From Methanomicrobia archaeon (lineage in GTDB: Archaea; Halobacteriota; Syntropharchaeia; Alkanophagales; Methanospirareceae): DNA of 36,470 nt. The notes below the pieces were generated by a model. It worked only from the letters and a program-made list of their open reading frames with translations, was not told where the DNA came from and did no database searches. Location: contig JAFGKP010000123.1 in assembly GCA_016928455.1 (NCBI GenBank), positions 1 through 36,470 on the forward strand, read 5' to 3'. This document shows positions 17,898 through 25,901 of this stretch, in pieces (within the stretch, counting starts at the first letter, position 1; each line of letters starts with the position of its first letter). The position numbers and the translations under genes are program-made.

Positions 17898-18413
17898 GAT
17901 CATGCTGCGGTGAGAGCGAGCTTACCGATAGGTTATTAATGATCGCAACCGTCTGTTCCAGGCGCTCATAAGGCGTTTCTTGGTGTAAATGCACGCACCA
18001 CCATTTGCAGCCCGGTAACTTCGTGAGCCCCGTCAAGAAAATCATTCACATGTAACAAAAAAGTTTGTTGTTTGGCTAACACGGAGAGTAGCTCCGAACC
18101 AGCGGGAAAAGAACGGCGCTCGGTATGTGAAGTATCAGTGGATCGTTATTGGACGTGGTGAAGCGTTCAGCTCTGCTATACTAGATAAACAGAACTCTCA
18201 AAACACGCGGGAAAGGATTCTCCCTTGTCCGAAAGGTAGCCCTAGCTTGGAATATAGTTAAATAGACTCTGCACTTACTTATTGGTAATGGGGCGGGGAG
18301 AAGAAGATCATTTAGCCACACGGTAACCAACCCTACGCAGCAGACCGGAATCGGTCGCGGGTGGAGTATCACACATGGTAGAGCCTCCTGATACACACGA
18401 CATCAGTAATGAA

Positions 18414-18863
18414 ATGGCCCTCACATCTACGAACAAGCGGGCGATGCTCGAGCGTGTAAAAGCAGATTTCGAGGAGTTTGATGCGGGGTGCAGGGGGATA
18501 GTGCTTTTTGGCTCTTATGCTGAAGGGGAGCAGACGAAGAGAAGCGATATTGACGTTTGTATAATCAAGCCCTTGGATGGCATTCTTGACGCCATTTACG
18601 ATAAACTTGGTGGGAAATACGACATCAAAGTGTTTGAGAACTTGCCACTGTACATAAAACAGGAAGTTATAAGAACTCATGAAGTAGTAGTTGGCAATGA
18701 ACTTGACTTATCGGAATATTTCCACTTTTTTAGGAAATTGTGGCAGGATGTAGAGCACAGGATTATAGCGAACGAATTTACTACTTTTGCGGAAAGGAAG
18801 CGGTACAGGAGGCGATGGTTGCATGAGAAAGAGAAGATACTTCGAGAAATTGGAAGTATTTGA
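18414..18863 (+). CDS. mntA: Minimal nucleotidyltransferase antitoxin (type VII TA)
   Basis: LFGSYAEGEQTKRSDID = GSx10DxD; overlaps the HEPN gene. Start uncertain (18375/18414/18444). Confidence 0.88.
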   Translation: MALTSTNKRAMLERVKADFEEFDAGCRGIVLFGSYAEGEQTKRSDIDVCIIKPLDGILDAIYDKLGGKYDIKVFENLPLYIKQEVIRTHEVVVGNELDLSEYFHFFRKLWQDVEHRIIANEFTTFAERKRYRRRWLHEKEKILREIGSI

Positions 18864-19233
18864 AGGTGAGCTGAAATTCATACAAGCGAATGCATCTGCA
18901 TTACAGGACGATGTTACGAGACGGGCGTTGTTGTATGCGTTAGAGGTTTGCGTAGATGTGGTGATGGACGTGGTTGCGATGGCAACGAGGGACTTAGGAC
19001 TGACCGTTGAAGATGATTACACGAACATCGAGAAGCTCGAGAACGAGCAGATGCTGGTAGAGCGGGAAGGAGAGCTACTCAGGAGATTCAATGGTCTGAG
19101 GAATGCAATTGTGCATAGATATAATCAGCTGGATTTGAACGCGATCCAGAGGGGTTTGCGGGGAATAGAAGAGTTGTATGAGGTATTAGACAAATTAGTG
19201 GGTGTAGTTGAGCGAGAAGGGGCACTGGAGTGA
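18823..19233 (+). CDS. hepT: HEPN (DUF86) RNase toxin (type VII TA)
   Basis: RNAIVHRY = Rx4HxY; start at ATG 18823 overlapping the MNT 3' end. Confidence 0.9.
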   Translation: MRKRRYFEKLEVFEGELKFIQANASALQDDVTRRALLYALEVCVDVVMDVVAMATRDLGLTVEDDYTNIEKLENEQMLVEREGELLRRFNGLRNAIVHRYNQLDLNAIQRGLRGIEELYEVLDKLVGVVEREGALE

Positions 19234-19247
19234 GCCTGAGAAAGGAG

Positions 19248-19388
19248 ATGGTAAGCGAGAAGGTTGTAAAGGCGCTAGAGGAACAATTACGAATGATTGG
19301 CGGGCTGATATCGGAAGAGCGTCACCTAACAGTTAAGGATTATCGAGATTATTTGAAATCAACCGATGGCCGGAGTATTGAGGTATAG
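19248..19388 (+). CDS. Small hypothetical protein (46 aa), possibly an antitoxin remnant
   Basis: AGGAG then ATG; MVSEKVVKALEEQLRMIGGLISEERHLTVKDYRDYLKSTDGRSIEV*. Confidence 0.4.
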   Translation: MVSEKVVKALEEQLRMIGGLISEERHLTVKDYRDYLKSTDGRSIEV

Positions 19389-19432
19389 GATAGGCGGTGA
19401 ACGGGACACATGAATATTCCTGAATTGAAAGG

Positions 19433-19594
19433 ATGTTAATCGAATTGGATAAAAACCTCCATTCGATATTGGATATGGTGAGGGAGACGAGGAAGCCTGA
19501 AGAGGACGTTGTAGAATCAGTTGCGGGTGCTTGGGGATACGATGTGGATGGTGTGGAATTCGCAAGAAAACTGAGACGAACAGAACGGGTATGA
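19433..19594 (+). CDS. Putative VapB-type antitoxin (53 aa, possibly 5'-frameshifted)
   Basis: MLIELDKNL...VVESVAGAWGYDVDGVEFARKLRR; its stop overlaps the PIN start (ATGA at 19591-19594). Confidence 0.55.
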   Translation: MLIELDKNLHSILDMVRETRKPEEDVVESVAGAWGYDVDGVEFARKLRRTERV

Positions 19595-19770
19595 GACTGT
19601 TCCTGGACACGTCGATCTTTGTGGATGTTCTGAGGACTGTACAGGCTGAAACATCCAAATCAGTCATCAAGAGTTTACAGGAGGGTAATGAGGGTTTTAC
19701 ATCAGCAATAGCAGTTGCAGAGCTCAGTGTTCCTTTCCCTTTTTTCCCCTTTTATGATCGGTACCTATAA
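19591..19770 (+). pseudogene. vapC: Truncated PIN-domain (VapC) toxin
   Basis: MRLFLDTSIFVD...FTSAIAVAEL then an abrupt change to PFPFFPF; ends where the duplicated unit begins. Confidence 0.8.
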
Positions 19771-19846
19771 ACACCACTATTTAAAGGTTACTTACATGTA
19801 ACTAAAACCTATTATATATAAATATTACTTACAGAGTCCTCCGCTT

Positions 19847-19950
19847 CGACGCTAACACGGTCATGTGTCCGGAGCGGCTGATTGAGCTGGAGCGGCAATT
19901 CATCGCACGCCGTGAAATCGGGCTTGTGATCGCGTGGGTATTCAGCGTAT
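19847..19950 (-). pseudogene. 3' fragment of an archaeal pilin gene
   Basis: Minus strand reads TLNTHAI/(frameshift)KPDFTACDELPLQL...HDRVSV, matching TLNRGSISKPDFEIADELELLL...GDRISV of the pilin at 23189-23650; DNA matches aaatc.ggctt, tcatcg and cgacgct. Confidence 0.72.
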
Positions 19951-20060
19951 CTCCGAATGATAGGATACGACAAGAATGACTACAGGTTCCCGCCCCCAGA
20001 CACCGATAACGATTTATATGCCGTAGATACTACCTTATTAGTAGTGGTGCACCAAGAAAA

Positions 20061-20309
20061 ATGAGTTCTGTAACCGTAACGTTCCGTGGGATACCCGAAG
20101 AGATACTCAATAAAATGGTGGAGTACGGGATAGCGGAGACAAAAAGCGAAGCAATTCGGGTAGCTCTGGTAAATTTCGGCATTGAGATGGGATTACTCAG
20201 CGAACTGGAGTTGGTAAAATCACTGAGAGCGCAGCTAGCTGAGCGCAAACCATCGCACGTGGAAGTTGCCGAAGAGATTAAGAGGGCTAAACTTGAGAGT
20301 CTTCGTTGA
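20061..20309 (+). CDS. Ribbon-helix-helix antitoxin
   Basis: VTVTF...EILNKMVEYG...TKSEAIRVAL; overlaps the PIN start; TTTATAT at about 20013. Confidence 0.8.
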   Translation: MSSVTVTFRGIPEEILNKMVEYGIAETKSEAIRVALVNFGIEMGLLSELELVKSLRAQLAERKPSHVEVAEEIKRAKLESLR

Positions 20310-20708
20310 TAGCTCTGTATTCATTTACGGTCTCGAGTTTGCGGAATCCAACTCCGCCTTAATTTACGATGGAATAGCTCGTGGTACGGTCAAAGCGGTA
20401 ATCAATGAGAAAGTCATTAAAGAAGTTGTTAATTACTTCGGGCGAAGGAAGGCAGACATTTTGCGTATCTCATTGAGTCTCAACTCAGAAGAATCTGTGA
20501 AGTTAAGCAGCGACAGGATTACGCAGGCGAAATTGGGAACTGGAAGGGAATAATCAAAGATAAGGATTTGGAACATCTAGCGACTGCTAAAGCGTTCAAT
20601 TTGAAGATAGTCGCTTTTGATACTGACTTCCAGTCGTTCGAAGAATACCATACACCCAAACAATTTGTTGAAGTCCTGGGAGAAAAGCCGTATGAAATTG
20701 AGTGGTAA
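20293..20708 (+). pseudogene. vapC: Frameshifted PIN-domain (VapC) toxin
   Basis: TTG start, RVFVDSSVFI...VIKEVVNYF. After a shift near 20445-20455 another frame continues ...KDKDLEHLATAK...IVAFDTDF...PYEIEW* to 20708. Confidence 0.82.
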
Positions 20709-20902
20709 GTATCCAAAACCAGCGTCACACGGTTCTTGTCTTCGTGGAGCGGAGCGGACCCGCAAAGCTTAAACCCACAGAAACTAAAGAGTGTTTTGAA
20801 CAGGTGCGAGCGCTTTATTCGAGGCATTTTTGCCCACAATAGCGGGTCTCGTTCATACTATATCGCCGCTGTTCGTTCTTAACCTGAAGTTGGAGAAGAA
20901 CC
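20709..20902 (-). mobile_element. ISL3-family left-end remnant (putative IRL plus first ~40 codons of transposase)
   Basis: Minus strand begins GGTTCTTCTCCAACTTCAGG at 20902 (GG-initiated, ISL3-like). ATG 20827 gives MPRIKRSHLFKTLFSFCGFKLCG...RVTLVLD, homologous to the N-terminus of the remnant at 24071-24574. Confidence 0.7.
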
Positions 20903-20914
20903 AACAGTAGAGAC

Positions 20915-21310
20915 ATGGCAGTATTAGTAGATAAAACGGGGCGCATCGTCGCGACACATGCCATAACGCTCCACGGGCATTATGACCCTGAGCGCTGGGA
21001 TAGTGATACTGTAAGCGAGTTCATAGCAGAGAAGATGCAGCTCTTGGAGGATAAAGCTGATATAGAGCTATTACAGATTGATGGAGATAAGATAGAGGTA
21101 GTTGTCTACGTTTCCGAGCCTGATAAGCCGCCACATACTGTAGAGAGTTATGCGTTCTTCTGGATGATGAATCATGACATAACCCGGGAGAACGGACTAT
21201 TCGTGGATACCATTCTTGTTACTGAGTGTGAGGTTGAGCACAGTCTGTATATTGTGGTGGGGCACTATAAAAATAAGAATAAAAACAAAAATAGATCAGT
21301 ACATGAGTAA
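20915..21310 (+). CDS. Hypothetical protein, copy 1 (MAVLVDK...)
   Basis: 102/119 aa identical to the ORF at 24602-24973; both frames intact. Confidence 0.75.
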   Translation: MAVLVDKTGRIVATHAITLHGHYDPERWDSDTVSEFIAEKMQLLEDKADIELLQIDGDKIEVVVYVSEPDKPPHTVESYAFFWMMNHDITRENGLFVDTILVTECEVEHSLYIVVGHYKNKNKNKNRSVHE

Positions 21311-21314
21311 GGCT

Positions 21315-21368
21315 CGCGTGCATTTACAAAATTGTGCCAGCAGTGAGCTTTGTTGGGTTAACCAGACC
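21315..21368. repeat. 54-bp dispersed repeat, copy 1
   Basis: 45/54 identical, ungapped, to 36417-36470. Confidence 0.85.
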
Positions 21369-21386
21369 GAAAGGAATTAGTATATT

Positions 21387-21432
21387 GAGAGCGGATAAGT
21401 TATTGTGTTCGAATCAGTCTTATCCGCCCTCA
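21387..21432. other. Inverted repeat / hairpin
   Basis: TGAGAGCGGATAAG ... CTTATCCGCCCTCA, 14-bp arms with one mismatch. Confidence 0.7.
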
Positions 21433-21607
21433 AAAACAGTATATGTCTCATCCAACTTAAACGTACCGATTTGGGGGGATGACCCTCTGGTGGTCGGTAA
21501 AGGGCTCACTGAGCAATTCATAAGCGGGATCAACCTCGTCATGTCACGGATAGCCCCTGTAATCAGCAACTTTATAAGCATACAGTCACTAGTGGATTTC
21601 ACGGGCT

Positions 21608-21847
21608 ATGAAATTTAACATCACCCTTGAACGCGACGAGGAGGGGCGGTATGTTGCGGAATGTACCGACCTCCCCGGGTGTCTCTCTGAAGGCGAAACG
21701 GTGCAGGAAGCGATCGAGAACATCAGTGAAGCAATCGTGGGCTGTTTGAAATCGCGACTCAAGCTAGCTGGCGAGCAGTTGAAAGTCCCCGCGTTTTATC
21801 AGAAGCTGGATATTTCATTGGATCTTACGGGCACCGCGTATGTCTAA
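21608..21847 (+). CDS. hicB: HicB-like antitoxin (short form)
   Basis: YVAECTDLPGCLSEGETVQEAIENISEAI. Confidence 0.9.
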   Translation: MKFNITLERDEEGRYVAECTDLPGCLSEGETVQEAIENISEAIVGCLKSRLKLAGEQLKVPAFYQKLDISLDLTGTAYV

Positions 21848-22079
21848 GCTTCCCCGGGCGAGCGATGAGAAGCATGTTGCTGCGTTCAAACGAGCTGGTT
21901 GGAAGCTGAATCATATTGAAGGGAGTCACTACATTCTGATCAAAGAAGGGAGTGATGTCCACGTATCAATACCGGTACATAAGAATAAAACCCTCGGTCC
22001 CGGTCTTTTGAAGAAACTCATTGTCAAGGCAGATCTCACCATTGAGGGATATATCAAGCTCTTTTATAGCAAAAAGTAA
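21840..22079 (+). CDS. hicA: HicA mRNA interferase toxin
   Basis: GW...EGSHYIL...VSIPVH...LGPGLLKKLI; overlaps hicB. Confidence 0.9.
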   Translation: MSKLPRASDEKHVAAFKRAGWKLNHIEGSHYILIKEGSDVHVSIPVHKNKTLGPGLLKKLIVKADLTIEGYIKLFYSKK

Positions 22080-22376
22080 CCAAGTGGTCTTTAGCATCAT
22101 CACTACCAGTCTTTTCATTTTCCCCCATATTCTTTTTAGCGCTCACTTCTGCAGTGCTTCTGTACTTCCTCCTAACGTTTGAACATGCAGTGAATGTAGT
22201 TAGTTTGGTAGGATTATAACGCTACACACGCTTTCATCACAATCGTATTTCAACCACGCGGAATCGGTCTCAGGATTGCTTTTCTGGAGGAGCGCCCTCT
22301 CCGCACGCCCAAGGAATTATCAGGATACAAGTTATATAAGTATCCAATCACAATCTTTCAGTGGTGGCTGTGCTGT

Positions 22377-22562
22377 ATGGTGCTCAAAGTGAAGGCGCGG
22401 TATGAGGGTGAGGTCTTAAAGCCGCTGGAAGCGGTGGATTTGAAGGAAGGAGAAGAAGTAGAGCTTGAACTTAAGCGGGGTTCATTACAAGATTTTCATG
22501 GGAAGCTACAGCTTGAAAAAGAGCTTGCAGACGAAGTGATTGAGCTGGAGCTATGGGATTGA
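22377..22562 (+). CDS. AF2212-like (DUF104) antitoxin
   Basis: VKARYEGEVLKPLEAVDLKEGEEV; TTATATAA at about 22333. Confidence 0.88.
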   Translation: MVLKVKARYEGEVLKPLEAVDLKEGEEVELELKRGSLQDFHGKLQLEKELADEVIELELWD

Positions 22563-23053
22563 GCTTTGTCGGTATAAAATCAGGCGCAGGAATCTATGTG
22601 GATGCTAACATACACCTCTATTCCGCCTTTAAGCATCCCGTTTATGGTGCTTCGTGTCGGGATTTATTGATCCGTATAGATGAGGGGGACGTGTATGGTT
22701 ACACCTCGGATTTTGTGTTAGATGAGGTTTTGCATAAATTGATGATTGCGGAAGTAGCGAAGAACTATACAAAGAGTGCAAGGGAAGCGATTGTATATAT
22801 AAAAAAGAATCCCGAGGTGATTTCGCAGCTCGAGGTTGTATGGGCCGAGAGGGATCTCCTTGAACATTCTCATCTCGTCGTTTTGGAGAATCGATCTCTG
22901 TTCCCTGACTTTGTTAAGATATCGAAGAGCTATAACTTGATGGTCACTGATGCGGTTCACGTAGCTATAATGAGCAGGCACGGTTTGACGAACATCGCCA
23001 CGAACGATCCCGATTTCGAAAGAGTGGCAGGGCTCACGGTTTGGAAGCCGTAG
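22553..23053 (+). CDS. vapC: PIN-domain (VapC) toxin
   Basis: IYVDANI, TSDFVLDEV, TDAVHVA and IATNDPDF acidic catalytic set. Confidence 0.92.
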   Translation: MGLSFVGIKSGAGIYVDANIHLYSAFKHPVYGASCRDLLIRIDEGDVYGYTSDFVLDEVLHKLMIAEVAKNYTKSAREAIVYIKKNPEVISQLEVVWAERDLLEHSHLVVLENRSLFPDFVKISKSYNLMVTDAVHVAIMSRHGLTNIATNDPDFERVAGLTVWKP

Positions 23054-23188
23054 AGGCGTGTAAGCGGCGGTATGCTGCTGTTCTTCCCGGCATAGGCATC
23101 AAGCGATAGAAATAAAGGTCATCGGTCGCTGTCGGTCGCTCAGTCAGCACCTCCAGCAGATCCGGTTATTAAGTACGGTTAGAATAGT

Positions 23189-23650
23189 TCACACGACGAC
23201 CGTCCACTGGAGCACCTGGCCGCCGGAGACGGAGACGACGCTGATACGATCTCCGCTTTTGAGCTCAGCGCCCGGTGCGAGGAGTAATTCGAGCTCATCG
23301 GCGATCTCAAAATCAGGCTTCGAGATCGACCCGCGGTTCAGGGTCGCGTTACCCGCGTAGATCGCGCCGTTGATCCGAATCTCGAGGTTCTCACAGACCG
23401 TCTCGTTCAGGACGCGCTCGTCGGTGGGCTGGAAGGCGTTGGAGAGCGTATCCCCGCCCATATGCACGATGGTGACCTGATCAGAACCGGGCTTGGCACC
23501 CTCGATCATGATGTTGACCGAGTTCACCCTGAGTGCGGCATGCAGTATCCCCGCTGCGTACGTTGCGAGCATGGCCGCGATGATAATGACCACCACGATC
23601 ATCAGCAGCTCGCCGATTATCGGGCTCACCGCACGATCATCTTTGAGCAT
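23189..23650 (-). CDS. Archaeal type IV pilin (DUF1628/Pilin_N-type)
   Basis: Class III signal DDRA/VSPIIGELLMIVVVII; HMGGDTL motif; GGAGGTG RBS places the start at 23650. Confidence 0.9.
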   Translation of the reverse strand: MLKDDRAVSPIIGELLMIVVVIIIAAMLATYAAGILHAALRVNSVNIMIEGAKPGSDQVTIVHMGGDTLSNAFQPTDERVLNETVCENLEIRINGAIYAGNATLNRGSISKPDFEIADELELLLAPGAELKSGDRISVVSVSGGQVLQWTVVV

Positions 23651-24070
23651 CTCTTTCCACCTCCGTATCACTATTCTAGCCATCAGCAATATATACTTTG
23701 CGCTCGCGCACATGTTAGTCCCACCCAAACAGTTGCGCACGTTTGACAGCATTAAGCGAAGCGGAGAAGCTATACACTAACCATATAACACGTTTACCAG
23801 AACGTTTTTCACTCTAGAAAGTCTTTCATCTCTGTAGGTGGTGTTCCAAGAGGTGCTCGTGCTTGTTGCGACCAAGCCTAGCGGCCCGATCAGGGCGACG
23901 ATGCCGGGTGGTGTTACGAGTGGCACTTCTATTGGTTACTTACCGGTAACTAAAATCTATCACATATAACTGTTACTTACAGGTCATCCGCTTCGACGCG
24001 GTCACGCACGGCGTTCGCGAGTCTGCTCGTGTTCGGCTCGTGATCTGGTGGTGGAGCATGCGTAAAGAGC

Positions 24071-24574
24071 GCCGACCCAGATGACCGACTAGTCTGCTAT
24101 CCAGATCGCGTCGCGGACTACCGTGAAATAACGATGCTCCTTCTCATGGGTGATCTCGTCAATGCCGCGTTTCTCGGGATTCTGATCTTCAAGTTCAAGT
24201 CCCGTCACCAGGCGGTTCAGGTACTTCCTGTCAATCCGTTTCGCGGCCTTCCCGTTAATTGCGGCGACCTCACGTAGTCCTCGAAGCGTTTGGTATAGTG
24301 GCTGTACGTGTCCACGAAGTTTAGCTGGTACCGGATCTTCCGTTCAGTGAAGACGAAGAAGCACTGCTTCGGCCGATCTGCCGGGAACAGGTATCCTCAC
24401 GGGAACCGCAGCGTTTGCCACCGAGGCGAGGGGCACGTGGCAGTCTTACGTGTACGGTCCACTACCAGCGTCACTCGGTGCTCGTCTGCGCGGAGCGGAC
24501 GGAACCGCAAAGCTTAAAACCACAGCAATTAAAGTGGTTTCTGAACAGGGTTGAGAGAGCTTCAGTCGAGGCGT
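24071..24574 (-). mobile_element. Degraded ISL3-family transposase (5' half, several frameshifts)
   Basis: Frames join to LFRNHFNCCGFKLCG / VTLVVDRTRKTATCP / CFFVFTERKIR..LNFVDTYSHYTKRFEDYV / KRIDRKYL / GIDEITHEKEHRYFTVVRD / VIWVG, recognisable ISL3 zinc-finger, HTH and first DDE segments. Start ATG mutated to ACG. Confidence 0.85.
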
Positions 24575-24601
24575 TTTTGCTCACGCTGTTCGTTCCTGAA
24601 G

Positions 24602-24973
24602 ATGGCAGTATTAGTAGATAAAACGGGGCGCATCGTTGCGACACATTCCATAACGCTTCACGGGCATTATGACCCTAAGCGCTGGGATAGTGATACTGTA
24701 AGCGAGTTCATAGCAGAGCAGCTGCAGCTCTTGCAGGATAAAGCTGATAGAGAGCTATTACAGATCACGGGAAATACGATAGCTGTAGTGGTCTACGTTT
24801 CCGAGCCTGATAAGCCGCCATATACTATTGAGAGTTATGCTTTCTTCTGGATGATGACCCATGACATAACCCGAGAGAACGGCCTCTTTGTGGATACCAT
24901 TGATGTTACTGAGTGTACGGTTGAGAACAGTCTGTATATTGTGGTGGGGCACTGTAAAACAAAACAAGAATAA
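24602..24973 (+). CDS. Hypothetical protein, copy 2 (MAVLVDK...)
   Basis: Paralog of 20915-21310; start set by alignment. Confidence 0.75.
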   Translation: MAVLVDKTGRIVATHSITLHGHYDPKRWDSDTVSEFIAEQLQLLQDKADRELLQITGNTIAVVVYVSEPDKPPYTIESYAFFWMMTHDITRENGLFVDTIDVTECTVENSLYIVVGHCKTKQE

Positions 24974-25298
24974 ACCACTACATGATTACGGCTCCGCAGC
25001 GACCGGGGAGAACGGACGTGTTGTGTTCTGTAACCCGTTCACCGCTATTCTATCCCGGTACGGGCACGGAAAAAGCAGTCTCTTCGCGGCTTTTCGATCG
25101 GTGAATCGGGATCTGAACCACCGCACGACACGCTCGCGCTCATTCATAAACGTGGTGGAAACAAGCGAGCGAAGGCAGCCCGGGAACGGAAATCAGTCGG
25201 AAGTCCATGCTGGGACCCCAAGGTGGTGGCGATTCGCCGATTCATGAACATATTCACCAGGTCTTGCTGATCTGATACTCGCGCCGGTTCGAATTAAA

Positions 25299-25337
25299 GG
25301 AAAAATCAAAAGAGGGTGTTAAAAAAAAGCCACCCTC
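25299..25337 (-). terminator. Putative terminator downstream of the major pilin
   Basis: Minus strand GAGGGTG-gctttttttTaa-CACCCTC hairpin followed by TTTTGATTTTT. Confidence 0.65.
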
Positions 25338-25375
25338 GTATCCCTTTTCATGTTTATTATACTCTCGTTTCACGT

Positions 25376-25876
25376 CTACGATACAGTGATCCGCTGCAGG
25401 ATGTTGTCACTGGGCGTATGCAGGATAACAATGCTATCCCCATTTGTAAGATTGACGAACGTCAAATCGAGCTGATCTCCGGGAGCAAAACGAGCATCCC
25501 AATTAGCAGAGGCATTATTCCAAGCTACACTGTTTTTTGATAATGCACTTAGCTGGTTGCTACCACATGCAACACCATTTAGTCTTATCTCAAGGTACTC
25601 CCACTTATCAGTCATATTCGTTTTTTCAGCAGAGTCAAATGCATCGGTGATTGTATCACCGCCGTGATGGAATACCGTTACGGGGACAGTTCCGCCCGCA
25701 CTAACGCCTTCAACGACCATTGCGGAACTGGGCGCTTTATTCACGCCGCCGATGATCCCGTAGGCGAAGGCCGCAACAACTGCGGCAATGATCACGACGA
25801 TCGCGATCATCATGATCACACCGATGACCGGTGATACTGCTTTATCGTCCTTCTTCATGCTTCTTTTGGTTGTCAT
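25376..25876 (-). CDS. Archaeal type IV pilin, probable major pilin
   Basis: KKDDKA/VSPVIGVIMMIAIVVIIAAVVAAF class III signal; HHGGDTI; strong GGAGGTGA RBS at 25888-25895; own terminator. Confidence 0.93.
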   Translation of the reverse strand: MTTKRSMKKDDKAVSPVIGVIMMIAIVVIIAAVVAAFAYGIIGGVNKAPSSAMVVEGVSAGGTVPVTVFHHGGDTITDAFDSAEKTNMTDKWEYLEIRLNGVACGSNQLSALSKNSVAWNNASANWDARFAPGDQLDLTFVNLTNGDSIVILHTPSDNILQRITVS

Positions 25877-25901
25877 TTTTTATCGTATCACCTCCTAAAA
25901 C

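Larger units (their letters stand above)
19772..21315. repeat. Copy 1 of a duplicated unit (copy 2 at 23924-24994); interior differs
   Basis: 19786-19852 matches 23934-23999 (58/67); 20712-21315 matches 24458-24994 with indels. Confidence 0.9.
23924..24994. repeat. Copy 2 of the duplicated unit
   Basis: See copy 1; the interior keeps more ISL3 sequence and has no TA pair. Confidence 0.9.

Noticed and set aside
20712-20902. Conserved non-coding RNA upstream of the duplicated gene
   Set aside because: Better explained as the 5' end of an ISL3 transposase on the minus strand.
17984-21328. TGT...ACA 13-bp inverted repeat as transposon ends
   Set aside because: No target-site duplication, no inward extension and no matching transposase; 13-mer matches are expected by chance at this window size.
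20915-24973. Duplicated MAVLVDK genes as a DGR target/template pair
   Set aside because: Substitutions involve all four bases in both directions.
25376-25876. Electrically conductive pilin
   Set aside because: Only about 10 F/W/Y in about 153 mature residues (~6.5%) with long aromatic-free gaps; no sequence support.
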